NCBI RefSeq assembly: GCF_001186125.1
Contig: NW_014040455.1
Coordinates: 43,741-96,582 of the forward strand
DNA length: 52,842 nt
Direction of reading: 5' to 3'
Source: Sphaeroforma arctica JP610
Taxonomy: Eukaryota
The notes beneath the pieces are model-generated. The model searched no databases. It was not told the DNA's origin and was given only the letters and a program-made list of their open reading frames with translations. A program made the position numbers and the translations under genes. Shown one piece after another: positions 26,465-36,711 of the stretch; position 1 is the stretch's first letter, and each line of letters begins with the position of its first letter.

Positions 26465-27746
26465 TATAGAGTATGGAGAGTAGCTGAAGGTACGAGCCAA
26501 AGGAGACAATAGACCTCTTCTCAAGCACGGTTGTCTCAGGTTGGAAAAGTCCATAGTCTGAGAGAACCGAACTGAGTCTTTATTCGTGTTTTCTAATTCA
26601 CTAGACTCAGGTTTCTACTCGAGGGTTTCTCTCACACGCGGAGCCCCGGTATAGCTTACTGGTTCTACCGCTAATATTTCTGATGACTAATATTCGAAAT
26701 ATTGGCACCGCCAACTGTCTTATGTTTAAATCCTATTCCAAAACTCAATATTGATTATTCTGAGTTTTTGGGATTTGGATTGGCTTTTTGATAATCTGGT
26801 CCCTAGATGCTACAGCCCCCCAACTTTATACTTCTTAGCCTGCGTAGGAGTAGAAAGTGACATCTTACAGTACTAGATTATGTAGAGGTTGTTCAGAGAA
26901 AAACTTGTCCCTTAGGGGGCATAAGATGAAAAACTTGCCACCATTATCTATTGATACGAATTACCTATTGATAAATTTATACTATGACGTGAGTTCTCAA
27001 CCACGCTCATTGGAGTCAGTCTTTACCGGTGCACTTGGTTGATCTCAACTTGGCTTAGGAAAACGCCTCTCAACGGTGGCTCTACAACCGAGTCTTTGGT
27101 CCTTATCCCTCTGGTATGTGGGCGGAGCATGCTTCAAGGCGAGAAAAGCGGGTGCGTCCTTTGGTATCAGTGAGACTTGCTTAGGTTCGCCACCTCGTGC
27201 GCTTTCTGTTGCTCGTTGTTCTTTCATCAGTGCCCGTTGCTGTTGATTTTGTTTGCCTTGATTGCTTTCGTTTGCGTCGAGTGAGTTGACGGTATAGTGT
27301 AAGAAAATCAGCATCTGCGATGTCTGATTCCTGCGTCTAGATACGCTCCCCATCAGTCCAACGCAGTAGGTACTCCTGGAATCCATCACCTCGGATGGAC
27401 CTTCTGTGGTCGACTATCGAGGAGAACTGAGTCTCCTCGGTTGGTTGTACGTGATTGTTGGAGGTAAATGCTTCCGGGGCATTGGCCTTTTTTACGAGTC
27501 CAATTAGCTCAGCACTGACTGAGATAGGATATTCGGGGGCTTTGTTAGTCCCATCAGGGTTACAGACAAAATACCCGTTGCCCTCCCTGCATACTATTTT
27601 GTATGGTCCGCCATATGGTGCTGTCCTCTTGTCCATTTCATCTTGATAGCAGACCATGACAATGTCCCCTTACTGGAAGTGTACACACCTCTTTTGGTAT
27701 TTTTGGTCGTATGTTGCGCACATCTTCTCTTGATATTGCACATCAT
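26465..27746 (-). mobile_element. 3' end of a chromovirus-type gypsy element: integrase tail (GPY + chromodomain), PPT and 3' LTR (26814-26465, family A)
   Basis: QEKMCATYD..F.*GDIVMV..YGGPYKIV...FSSIVDHRRSIRGDGFQEYLLRWTDG; minus-strand AAAGTTGGGGGGC immediately before the LTR start TGTAGCATC. Confidence 0.85.
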
Positions 27747-30700
27747 CTAAACCCTAAACCCTTAGGTCGGCTGTTCGTGCGTTCTGAACGTAGTCCATCG
27801 CCCCCTTGTGGTCGTCGGTTCGTGGGGGCGAGCCGTCGTACGGATCTGGGCTTCTTGTATATCGGGACTTAGCAATTGTAGTAAGGCATGTGTCTCCATG
27901 AGGTGTAAAAATACGGCCTACGGTCAGTCTAAAATAACAAGATCAAATGAGATAAGACATCGGTTTTTATTTGTANNNNNNNNNNNNNNNNNNNNNNNNN
28001 NNNNNNNNNNNNNNNNNNNNNNNNNNNNNNNNNNNNNNNNNNNNNNNNNNNNNNTTATAAACCAAATTCTATAATCTCTGAACTACATTTTGGTCTTCCC
28101 GCCAATCTCCAAAATCCAATAAGTCTTTTTCATTTTTCAACCTTCCTTCAGATGGGACTTTATTTATATTAGCTAATGTATTAACTTGACTTAAGTTCTT
28201 ATGTCTATCTACAAATTAGGCATGTGGTCATAAACACTTAGTACTTCTAGTGAAAATTTTTCAGAACAGCTAGAGGTACGTCCTGTGTGATCGAGGATAT
28301 TAAGGCTCTTACCAAGAGGCAGTCCCGATCATTCGTACACAAGCTACCACTGCTAAATCCTAACTGACTTAAATTGTATCTTAGTTTATATAGCATAGTT
28401 TAAAACATAGAAATATCTGTCGAAGTTTACATAATTTTCAGTTATTTAGTAGTTACCGTAGTGTACTGCTTCTAGACTGTCTAATAATTGCTTTCTGTCC
28501 AGCGACAGGACTGTAAGTATTCCATACTACCTACCCCATAATGGCTAATACTACCCTCAAGTTAGCTACACGCTAGTTACTATACCTAGACTTTATTAAT
28601 TTTCCTATTCTTGAGCTATTACTATGGCTAAAGGAAATACTAAAGGCAAGGGAGTCGCCAGCTCTAAGCCTGCTAAGCCTGTTGAGGTTCCTGAGGTTAC
28701 TGGGGACGCTGGTCCGTCTGGTACTGAGCCTGCCGTTGAAGCTGTAGAGGAAGTCGTTTCTGAGCTTGGTTCTGAGGAGAATTCGAGGATGACTCGTCGG
28801 ACCCTAAAGCCTTAGAAGTGAAGGTCTCAACTGCCGCGGAAAGGCTCGCCAGCGTCCGTGTGTCTCCTAGTAGTGCAGCCCAGGGCCTCAGCTTGCCATC
28901 TGACCGCGAAAAGTCAGATATCGGAAAGGCTATATCTCCTGAACAAGTGGAGGGATCGACTCGAGATCGACGGTTTATTACTACTAAAATTCAGCCTAAT
29001 CCACCTATTAACAAAGATGGTGGCGTTCCAGTTCGTGAAATTTCATTGAATGCCTCGCCACTGAATGCCTCGCCACTGAATGCTGGAGCGGAAGACGCAA
29101 ATGTTGGGGACGCCAAAACTCGACAACGAGTGGTTGGATCTTCTCAATCTCGACGCCATTTGAACCGCAAAAAATGAGCTTTTGAAGGAGCTAGCCGTCG
29201 CCGCAGCTTCTGACCCTTCGATCATATCCCACGTGGCAGATATTCTTCCTATACCAAAGAAGAAGAAATCCGAGCCGGGTTTCAAATCTGGGACCCACTG
29301 GCTTGCAACTGAGCCAGTTACCGCTGGTGAAGTGGGTAAAACTTCAAGATTTAATCTCTATAGCTCGCAAGCTACTACTGACCATTCTCTCGACAACCCT
29401 AGCCCTGTCAGAGGCTATGATCATATGGAAATCGATGAGACTTACCACCCTCAAAACATCGATCCTCATTTACCATATAACCCTGGCAATCACGATCTTG
29501 GCAATCGTTACACAAGTACCTCACTAGAGAGTTTCCACTCTAGCTCTGAAGATGAGGAAGTGAGAACCAGACAACTTCGTCTCAGGCTATTACGTTCTGG
29601 TATGCAAGTCCTTGAAGACTGTCTATTGAATGACTCTGACCTTGACGATAAGAAAGCGGATAACATACGCTATCTAATCGATAACAAGAGAAAGGAGATA
29701 GACTCCATCTTGGCACTAGCAGCCCGTAGCACTAAGCGTGAGCCTTGTGAACGCTTCGAACCAAACTTTATAAAGCAGTTAGGTAGCGCGAAGGCTGAGG
29801 TCGATTTCTCTACTAATGAGAGTACAATGGAGACACTGAAGGCCTTTGACCAACTTAAGAGTCTGCCAGCCTTAAGGAAAAGCAGATGATGAATGCCTTT
29901 ATTCACTTCTGTGAGTCAGAGGAATGGTAAACTATCTTAAAGGCCCATGAGCCCAACTGGAAAGCCCTACCCTGGCGCCAGTTGCGTGAGAATATACTTA
30001 ACGCCTTCTTTGAAGATGCACGTGACCGAAAACTTCTAGAGTCTCGCAAGTCCTTTGCGAACGAAACTACTATTCGAGGTGCTCTAGCTCATATGACGCA
30101 TATGAACACTCGGATGGGAGGTCGTACCTATACTGGCGAATATTTATTATTTTGTCAGATGATGGAGACTCTGGGGGCTATTTTTTTTAAGAAGGTCAAT
30201 GATGATATTATCGCCTATGGTGATTTGCGATTTATGCCTTGGTCTGTCTTTGACAAGATAGTCCAAAAGCATACCAACCCATCTACTAGAGTACTTAGTA
30301 CCACAAGCTTTACCCAGCCCGCTAAGCGTACCGCGATAGAGAATAACACTGCGCGTATTACTTAGAAACTTCGCACTACTGCTGGAGGTGGTGAAAAGAA
30401 GAAGAGAGCACCTTGCAAGAAGTGTGGTTACAACCTCACTAAACGTGATGGCAAGTGGAATGGTGAACACGACTCTGTTAAGTGTGCACCAGGCAAACCA
30501 AACTTTGGACACTATATGAAAGAGTGTACTACATGCAAGGGTACTAACGGTTGGCACAAAGATAATTGTAAGGACATACCGGACGTCCAAGTTAAGCACT
30601 GACAGTTCAATATGTGTGCACTAGAGCAAGATTTTGAGAAAAAGTTCAATAAAATCTATACCAAAGGAGATGGACGTATATTTCAAACCGTTTATGTAAA

Positions 30701-30999
30701 TAAAGAAAAAGTTATAGCATTTTTGATCTAGAGGCTGAAGTCTCTGCTATATCACGCCGAGTAGCCTACGCTACAGATATGGCTATCCATACCGAAACAA
30801 CTAATTTAATCTTGGGAAATGGCAAAGTTACCACTTGCGAAGAAGCCATTGACCATGCACACATAATGTTTGTTAGATAGACGAGAAGTAAAGACTCATT
30901 TAATCGTTACTGACATGTCTCAGAAATACGATTTAATTATAGGTATGACTGATCTTCTCAGTTTAGGTATGACTCTCACTGATCTACCTAATGGGCTAG

Positions 31000-32059
31000 C
31001 CCTCCACCAACGCTGTGATGACATCAGGAAGAACTTAACAAAACGTTGGTCCAAGAAGGAGATCGCGGCAATGGCCCGGCGTCAATACTACTACCAACTG
31101 GTTATGGGTAAACCGCCAACCTCAAACCGAGACACAGCCAGACACGACAGCTTTAATTGCTGCTTCGAGTCTACACCAATCCGGCTATGTGCTATGATTG
31201 TAATGAATACGTACATGTTCACATTGCTCGACTACCGCACCGACGGCTGTCTCTGCCCTGTCTGCCCCGGTAGCCACAAGTTCACTACCAGCCACTTTAC
31301 CTGCATCCAACAACTGATTCGACGCATTCTGGTAGGCCCGAAACTGCCGCCCATTGGCCCTGACCTCCTTCAGCAATTACAGGAGTGCCACAACTTCCAC
31401 GGTATCTGGACCCTCCACGAACACCTTGAATCTTTTCTCCAGCATGTTGAAGAACCACCGTACCCTCACCCGTCCCTGACACATCAACAGATGTTCCCCA
31501 TACCCCGGCTAATCACGCTGTTGAAATACTACTTCCAAATATCGGTTCAAACCAAATCATCGCGCTTGTTGGTNNNNNNNNNNNNNNNNNNNNNNNNNNN
31601 NNNNNNNNNNNNNNNNNNNNNNNNNNNNNNNNNNNNNNNNNNNNNNNNNNNNNNNNNNNNNNNNNNNNNNNNNNNNNNNNNNNNNNNNNNNNNNNNNNNN
31701 NNNNNNNNNNNNNNNNNNNNNNNNNNNNNNNNNNNNNNNNNNNNNNNNNNNNNNNNNNNNNNNNNNNNNNNNNNNNNNNNNNNNNNNNNNNNNNNNNNNN
31801 NNNNNNNNNNNNNNNNNNNNNNNNNNNNNNNNNNNNNNNNNNNNNNNNNNNNNNNNNNNNNNNNNNNNNNNNNNNNNNNNNNNNNNNNNNNNNNNNNNNN
31901 NNNNNNNNNNNNNNNNNNNNNNNNNNNNNNNNNNNNNNNNNNNNNNNNNNNNNNNNNNNNNNNNNNNNNNNNNNNNNNNNNNNNNNNNNNNNNNNNNNNN
32001 NNNNNGTTCATACATTGTACCATACATACTTGCCATTTTTGAAATAAATAATATTATCC
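31000..32059 (+). mobile_element. 5'-truncated non-LTR retrotransposon (LINE ORF2 C-terminus-like) inserted in the element C protease region
   Basis: Abrupt C-rich insert flanked by CTAG (30996-30999 and 32060-32063); encodes CPVCPGSHKFTTSHFTC; ends AATAAATAATATTAT; contains an N gap. Confidence 0.6.
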
Positions 32060-32120
32060 CTAGACCCAAATAAAGATCAGTCAGGTGATAATATGTTAAA
32101 GATACCTAAACCTCCGGAAG

Positions 32121-32408
32121 ACGCTACAGATATGGCTATCCATAACGAAACAACTATTTTAATCTTGGGAAATGGCAAAGTTACCACTTGCGAAGAAGCC
32201 ATTGACTATGCACAGATAATGTTGTCAGATAGAAGAGAAGTAAAGACTCACTTAGTCGTTACTGACATGTCTCAGAAATACGATTTAATTATAGGTATGA
32301 CTGATCTTCTCAGTTTAGGTATGACTCTCACTGATCTGCCTAATGGCCTAGACCCAAATAATGATCAGTCAGATGATAGTATGTTAAAGATACCTAAACC
32401 TCCGGAAG
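32121..32408 (+). repeat. 288-bp tandem duplication of the protease C-terminal half and linker
   Basis: Matches 30768-30999 plus 32064-32120 (289 bp) with scattered substitutions and a 1-nt indel. Confidence 0.85.
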
Positions 32409-34540
32409 GTGAATTAAAGGATATGATTCCGCACTTTACCGATATAAATATGGACTGAATTATACAAAACAGGAAGATTGCAATAACTGACTATGTTTAA
32501 GTTCTCTAACGGGCACGTTAAACTTGACTTAACAAACGTCGACTTCTCTAAGATAAAGTGTCCTCCACATATCTACGTGAGTTCTAGTCACAATGACGTT
32601 GTCAAAACCCAAATTGAAGATTGGTTAAAACAGAGTCTAATTGAAATCAATTATGATGCAACCCCAGTTAACTTAGCTCTCTTAGCGGTCGACCAATATT
32701 AATCTGATGGAACGTTTAGTAAAACAAGAGTAGTACTAGATCTGTCGCCAATCAACAAACTAATTCCCCAACATAGTTTTCCCTTACCAAAAATAAAAGA
32801 GATACTACGCCAAATGAAAGGTACGACTATTCTTTTCCAAGGTAGACTTAAAGGCTGCATTCCATCAATTACAGATATATGAGCCTCATAGGAAATACTT
32901 TTCCTTTACTTGGCAAGGTAAGAAGTACCAGTTTAAAGGTGGGCTTACACGTGATACCTTCTTTCTTCCAACAAGTTGTGATGGAGCTATTTGCGGACCT
33001 GTCGGACAACGTATCAGTCTATTTAGATGATATAGTTATCTTTACAAAGACAGCATATGAACATGCTAAACTCGTTAAGGAAGTCTTATGGCGACTAAAC
33101 CATGCGAAACTTAAAATTAACGAGGACAAGTGTTCTTTTGCTGAAGATACTATGCACTTACTTGGTTACAAAGTATCTGCAGCAGGGGTAGAAATTGATC
33201 CTGGCATGAAACAATTTCTGTTGGATTTATCAACACCGATTACTGGAAGAGATGTAAACTCGGTGTGTGGGTTTGTTAATTTTTTCTCGGATTCGGTACC
33301 TCATCTTTCTTAAATGAGTATTTGGTATGACTCATTTACTTGGACCTATTTGAGACGATAGTAGATGTAATTATAAACTAAATTTTATAATCTCTGAACT
33401 ACTACTTACAGGTTTTGGTCTTCCCGCCAATCTCCAAAATCCAATTAGTATTTTTCTTTTTTATCTTTTCTTCAGATGGAACTTATTTTATATTAGCTAA
33501 TGTATTAACTTGACTTACGTTCTGATGTCTATCTACAAATTAGGCATGCGGTCATGAACACTTAGTACTTCTAGTGAAAAATGTTCAATAAAGAACATCT
33601 AGAGGTATGTCCTGTGTGATCGAGGATATTAAGGCTCTTACCAAGAGGCAACCCCGATCATTCTTACACAAGCTACCACTGCTAAATCCTAACTGAATTA
33701 AATTGCAATTTAGTTTATATAACATAGTTTAAAACATAGAAATATCCATCGATGTTTACGGAGGTGCCAGTTAGTGTGTAATTGTAATGTGCGTTCGTAT
33801 GTAGCCGCCCCCAGACTGTCTTCCAGTAACTGTACAATACAGTGATTAAGTAAACTCTGTTTAAAATCCGCATCATTCTGACTGCGTTTATGAGCGCGAC
33901 GGTGATTCTCCATTAGATACGTCATCTGCTCCATTATCGGAACGTTCGTCAACCTATCGTGGTCTTTAGCTAGTTTCTGGATTGTCGGACCTACCGTTGC
34001 CTGAGTCTCATGCGAGTAGATCTGAGTAATCTACAGCTCTGGTGTTTGACCGATCAGTTTATTGTGATTAGTTTTTATATAATCTAGTGTTGACTGTTCT
34101 GCTTTGAAATGGTTCAAACCCTTATAGAACCATCGTAGACTCCACCCCTCGTCTAACCTGATATCTGAGCGTACTTTCAAGCATCTAAAGTGCCCCCTTT
34201 GTATCACGTTCCGCTATATTGTTAGAATTGTAATTGTTGGATGGCTACTCCGGCCAACTTCGGGGTTACCGGAATTCCTTTTCACCAACTGGTCGCGACT
34301 CATGTGTGACGCGCAAGGTTTTTAATGCCCCGCAGCGCCTCTGCTCTCGGTATGTCATTATCCTCTGCTGCTTTGCACAGCTCCTCAGATAGCCGTAACA
34401 TTCGAGCGCGCACTCAAGATTTTGACGGACGCGTGTAAACCACAGATGTATTGTGTCCCGGAAAGCAAACGTTCTGGCTCCTGGGTTGTATTTCTCACCG
34501 TGTTCCTCCAGCCGATCCATGAAAGCTTCAAACTTCTTGG

Positions 34541-35297
34541 TGTAATAGCCGGGCCTCCACATTAGACTCTATGTTATAAACGTACTCTTAAGCAGTACGT
34601 AAACTATAAACGTACTCTTAATAGTACGAGGAACTTAAGTTTCCTAAATGGGTTTCAATGGTTTTATTAATTAATACCTTTTCCATTTTACACATCAGAT
34701 ATTTGAACAAGGCCATTAAAAGGCCACAGTAAAATACCAAACATAAGAGTTGGTCTAGTTCTATTAATAGAACTATATATATTTTCCAAATTTATTTATG
34801 TCTGAATACTTCGGTAGCGAGATGGCTCAACCGAATATAGGTTTCTAAGGACTATTAGCGTTGCTTAGTTTATCCTCCATTCAGTCAACCAGATGTGCCA
34901 GTCTGATGAAGGCTAAGTCGGTAATTCTTGATAAATGGCAAGTTATTGGTTAATGCAATAACTAATTTTTCTTTTTTCTTCTTCTTTTTTTCTTCTAAAG
35001 ATAGGATTTTATGAGTCTCTCGGATTCGCCCCAACGAAAACATACCATAGTTTCTATTAGAGCGACAACGAAACACTAAATAAAATCCCTTCGGCGAAAA
35101 GAGTACTGAGAGGATTATATATAGGCAATGTCTCAGCCTCACAATCCCTCAGAGTATTGCTATTTTCACGAGGCACACCTATCTTTACCAAAAGACTCAT
35201 TTCGTTTATTTACTTCGAATTTCACGATACTTAGACTTAACCTAAGCGTTTGATTACTCTAAGGCGTTAATATCGCCTTGATAGTCCGAATCTTACA
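34541..35297 (+). mobile_element. Solo LTR (family E, 757 bp), TSD TTGG
   Basis: TGTAA...TTACA termini; TTGG at 34537-34540 and 35298-35301; highly similar to 40401-41151 in reverse orientation. Confidence 0.92.
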
Positions 35298-35555
35298 TTG
35301 GTCGATTGAAACCGAGTCCAGTAGCGAACACTTTCTGCATTGTCGTGTTTGTAACGATATTTTAACTTGAAAGACCTTCGATTTATGAGTGTTAACACTC
35401 ATATCACAAAACTTATAACGCAGATTATCAAGTTGATCTTCCTTGTGTTTTATCTCTTGACTCAATCCATTGGTCTCTTTCCTCAATTGTGTGCATGCTC
35501 ATACAGGTCTCAGTCCAGATTTTACAGCAAGAAACCATCTTTGATTTATGGAAGC

Positions 35556-35681
35556 CATCAGAGTTAGCTCACTCCCGAGAGCTAAGTCATCAGAGTAAGC
35601 TCACTCCCGAGAGCTAAGTCATCAGAGTAAGCTCACTCCCGAGAGCTAAGTCATCAGAGTAAGCTCACTCCCGAGAGCTAA
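35556..35681. repeat. 32-bp minisatellite, about 4 copies (CATCAGAGTAAGCTCACTCCCGAGAGCTAAGT)
   Basis: Units start at 35556, 35588, 35620 and 35652 with no spacers; two related ~31-bp units follow at about 35727-35790. Confidence 0.95.
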
Positions 35682-36001
35682 TCAAGTTGCTTAAATTACT
35701 CCCAAAAGTTGAGTTATTATTTATCTGATTTCCGAGAGCAGATTAAGTTTCTCAACCGATTTCCGAGAGTGGATTAAGCCTGTCAACCGCAACATTCTAA
35801 TAATAGCCGCGGTTCTATGTGAGTCACAACCTATGCGGAAAGGCATCATGTGATCAGCATGAAATTTAGTTGCAGACAAGTTGAAATAGAAAAGCATCGA
35901 AGTGTAAAAGTCGGTCTCCTCTAGGCTGACTATACGATACCAAGATATTTACGTTAATAAGACAATACGTTAATACGTTAAAATGCAAAATGTTAAATAA
36001 G

Positions 36002-36711
36002 TATAGCTTCAGCCCTTGGTAGTGAGCAAAAGATTAGAGGATTTTAGACTGAGACTATTGTCTATATGCTCCGCTCTAATCACTCACTACTTCGGTCTAG
36101 ATTTATTTCTATTTTAGTTACTAAGACCAGATATCATTTCATTGGACGCTTAGTTTACATTTCACGCCTCGAAACAATCACCTAATCATACTAACCAATA
36201 AAATACCTCTCAGTCCAACTTAAGAAAATAAAAATAAAATCAAAACATCAAGCTAGTGCAGTATACATCTGCACCTAGACCCCATCACTTGGTACCTAGC
36301 TCCCCATCCCATTTAAGGCATAGACGGGCACATCTAGTTGGCTGGCTAGGAGGAATCAAAACCATGTTGTCCTAAATTCTAACAACTCTGATCCTGTCCT
36401 TTTCTCAGTGGAGAGATCATTATCGAATTATACCATAGGTTTGCACCAATAACCATTTCATACCTGAGACCCTCTCTCATGGTACTCCCATTAATTAGAG
36501 ATTCCCAAAGTGACATTTTCAGGTGTCAGATTGGTGTCGTTCCTATTTGATGTACAATTCTAATTTCAGTGGAAAAACCAATCTATTTTTGGAAAGCCAC
36601 CTAATTGTCCACAGTAGAGTCCCATACTCTACTGAGTACTGTCACATGTTCAGAATCTTGAATTTTTCAGTTCTTGTTCATGTCCAATTCGATAAACGTA
36701 TTCCAGTATTA
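36002..36711. mobile_element. Unclassified ~710-bp non-coding insertion (possible solo LTR)
   Basis: Flanked by direct repeat ATAAGTATA (35997-36005 and 36711-36719); splits a (TACGTTAA)n tract present on both sides. Confidence 0.5.

Larger units (their letters stand above)
27904..33760 (+). mobile_element. Ty3/gypsy element C: 5' LTR 27904-28431, gag-PR-RT, RNase H/integrase deleted, partial 3' LTR about 33312-33760, 4-bp TSD GAGG
   Basis: TGTAAA...TTTACA termini; direct repeat 28055-28431 vs 33371-33760; GAGG at 27900-27903 and 33761-33764; RT motifs RVVLDLSPIN, FSKVDLKAAFHQ and VYLDDIVIF; several stops and frameshifts. Confidence 0.92.
27763..34415 (-). pseudogene. gag-like relic (34415-33761 plus 27903-27763) split by gypsy element C
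   Basis: Removing 27904-33760 and one GAGG rejoins an open frame ...VQLLEDSLGAATYERTLQLHTNWHLMETHALLQLL..., which resembles element C gag (CQMMETLGAIFFKKV). Confidence 0.55.

Noticed and set aside
20792..26814. 6-kb unit bounded by ~320-bp inverted repeats, resembling a TIR transposon or DIRS element
   Set aside because: No TSD; the right repeat has its own PPT and integrase tail outside the unit, so these are two LTRs from independent, oppositely oriented insertions.
34200..34400. TGT...ACA-bounded 200-bp segment as a short LTR
   Set aside because: No TSD or second copy, and it translates as a continuation of the gag-like relic.
35298..35316. TGGTCGATTGAAACC as a PBS after LTR E
   Set aside because: TTGG is the target-site duplication and the flanks rejoin into a transposase frame, so this is a solo LTR.
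35556..35681. CRISPR-like 32-bp repeats
   Set aside because: Units are contiguous with no spacers, there are no cas genes, and the context is eukaryotic.
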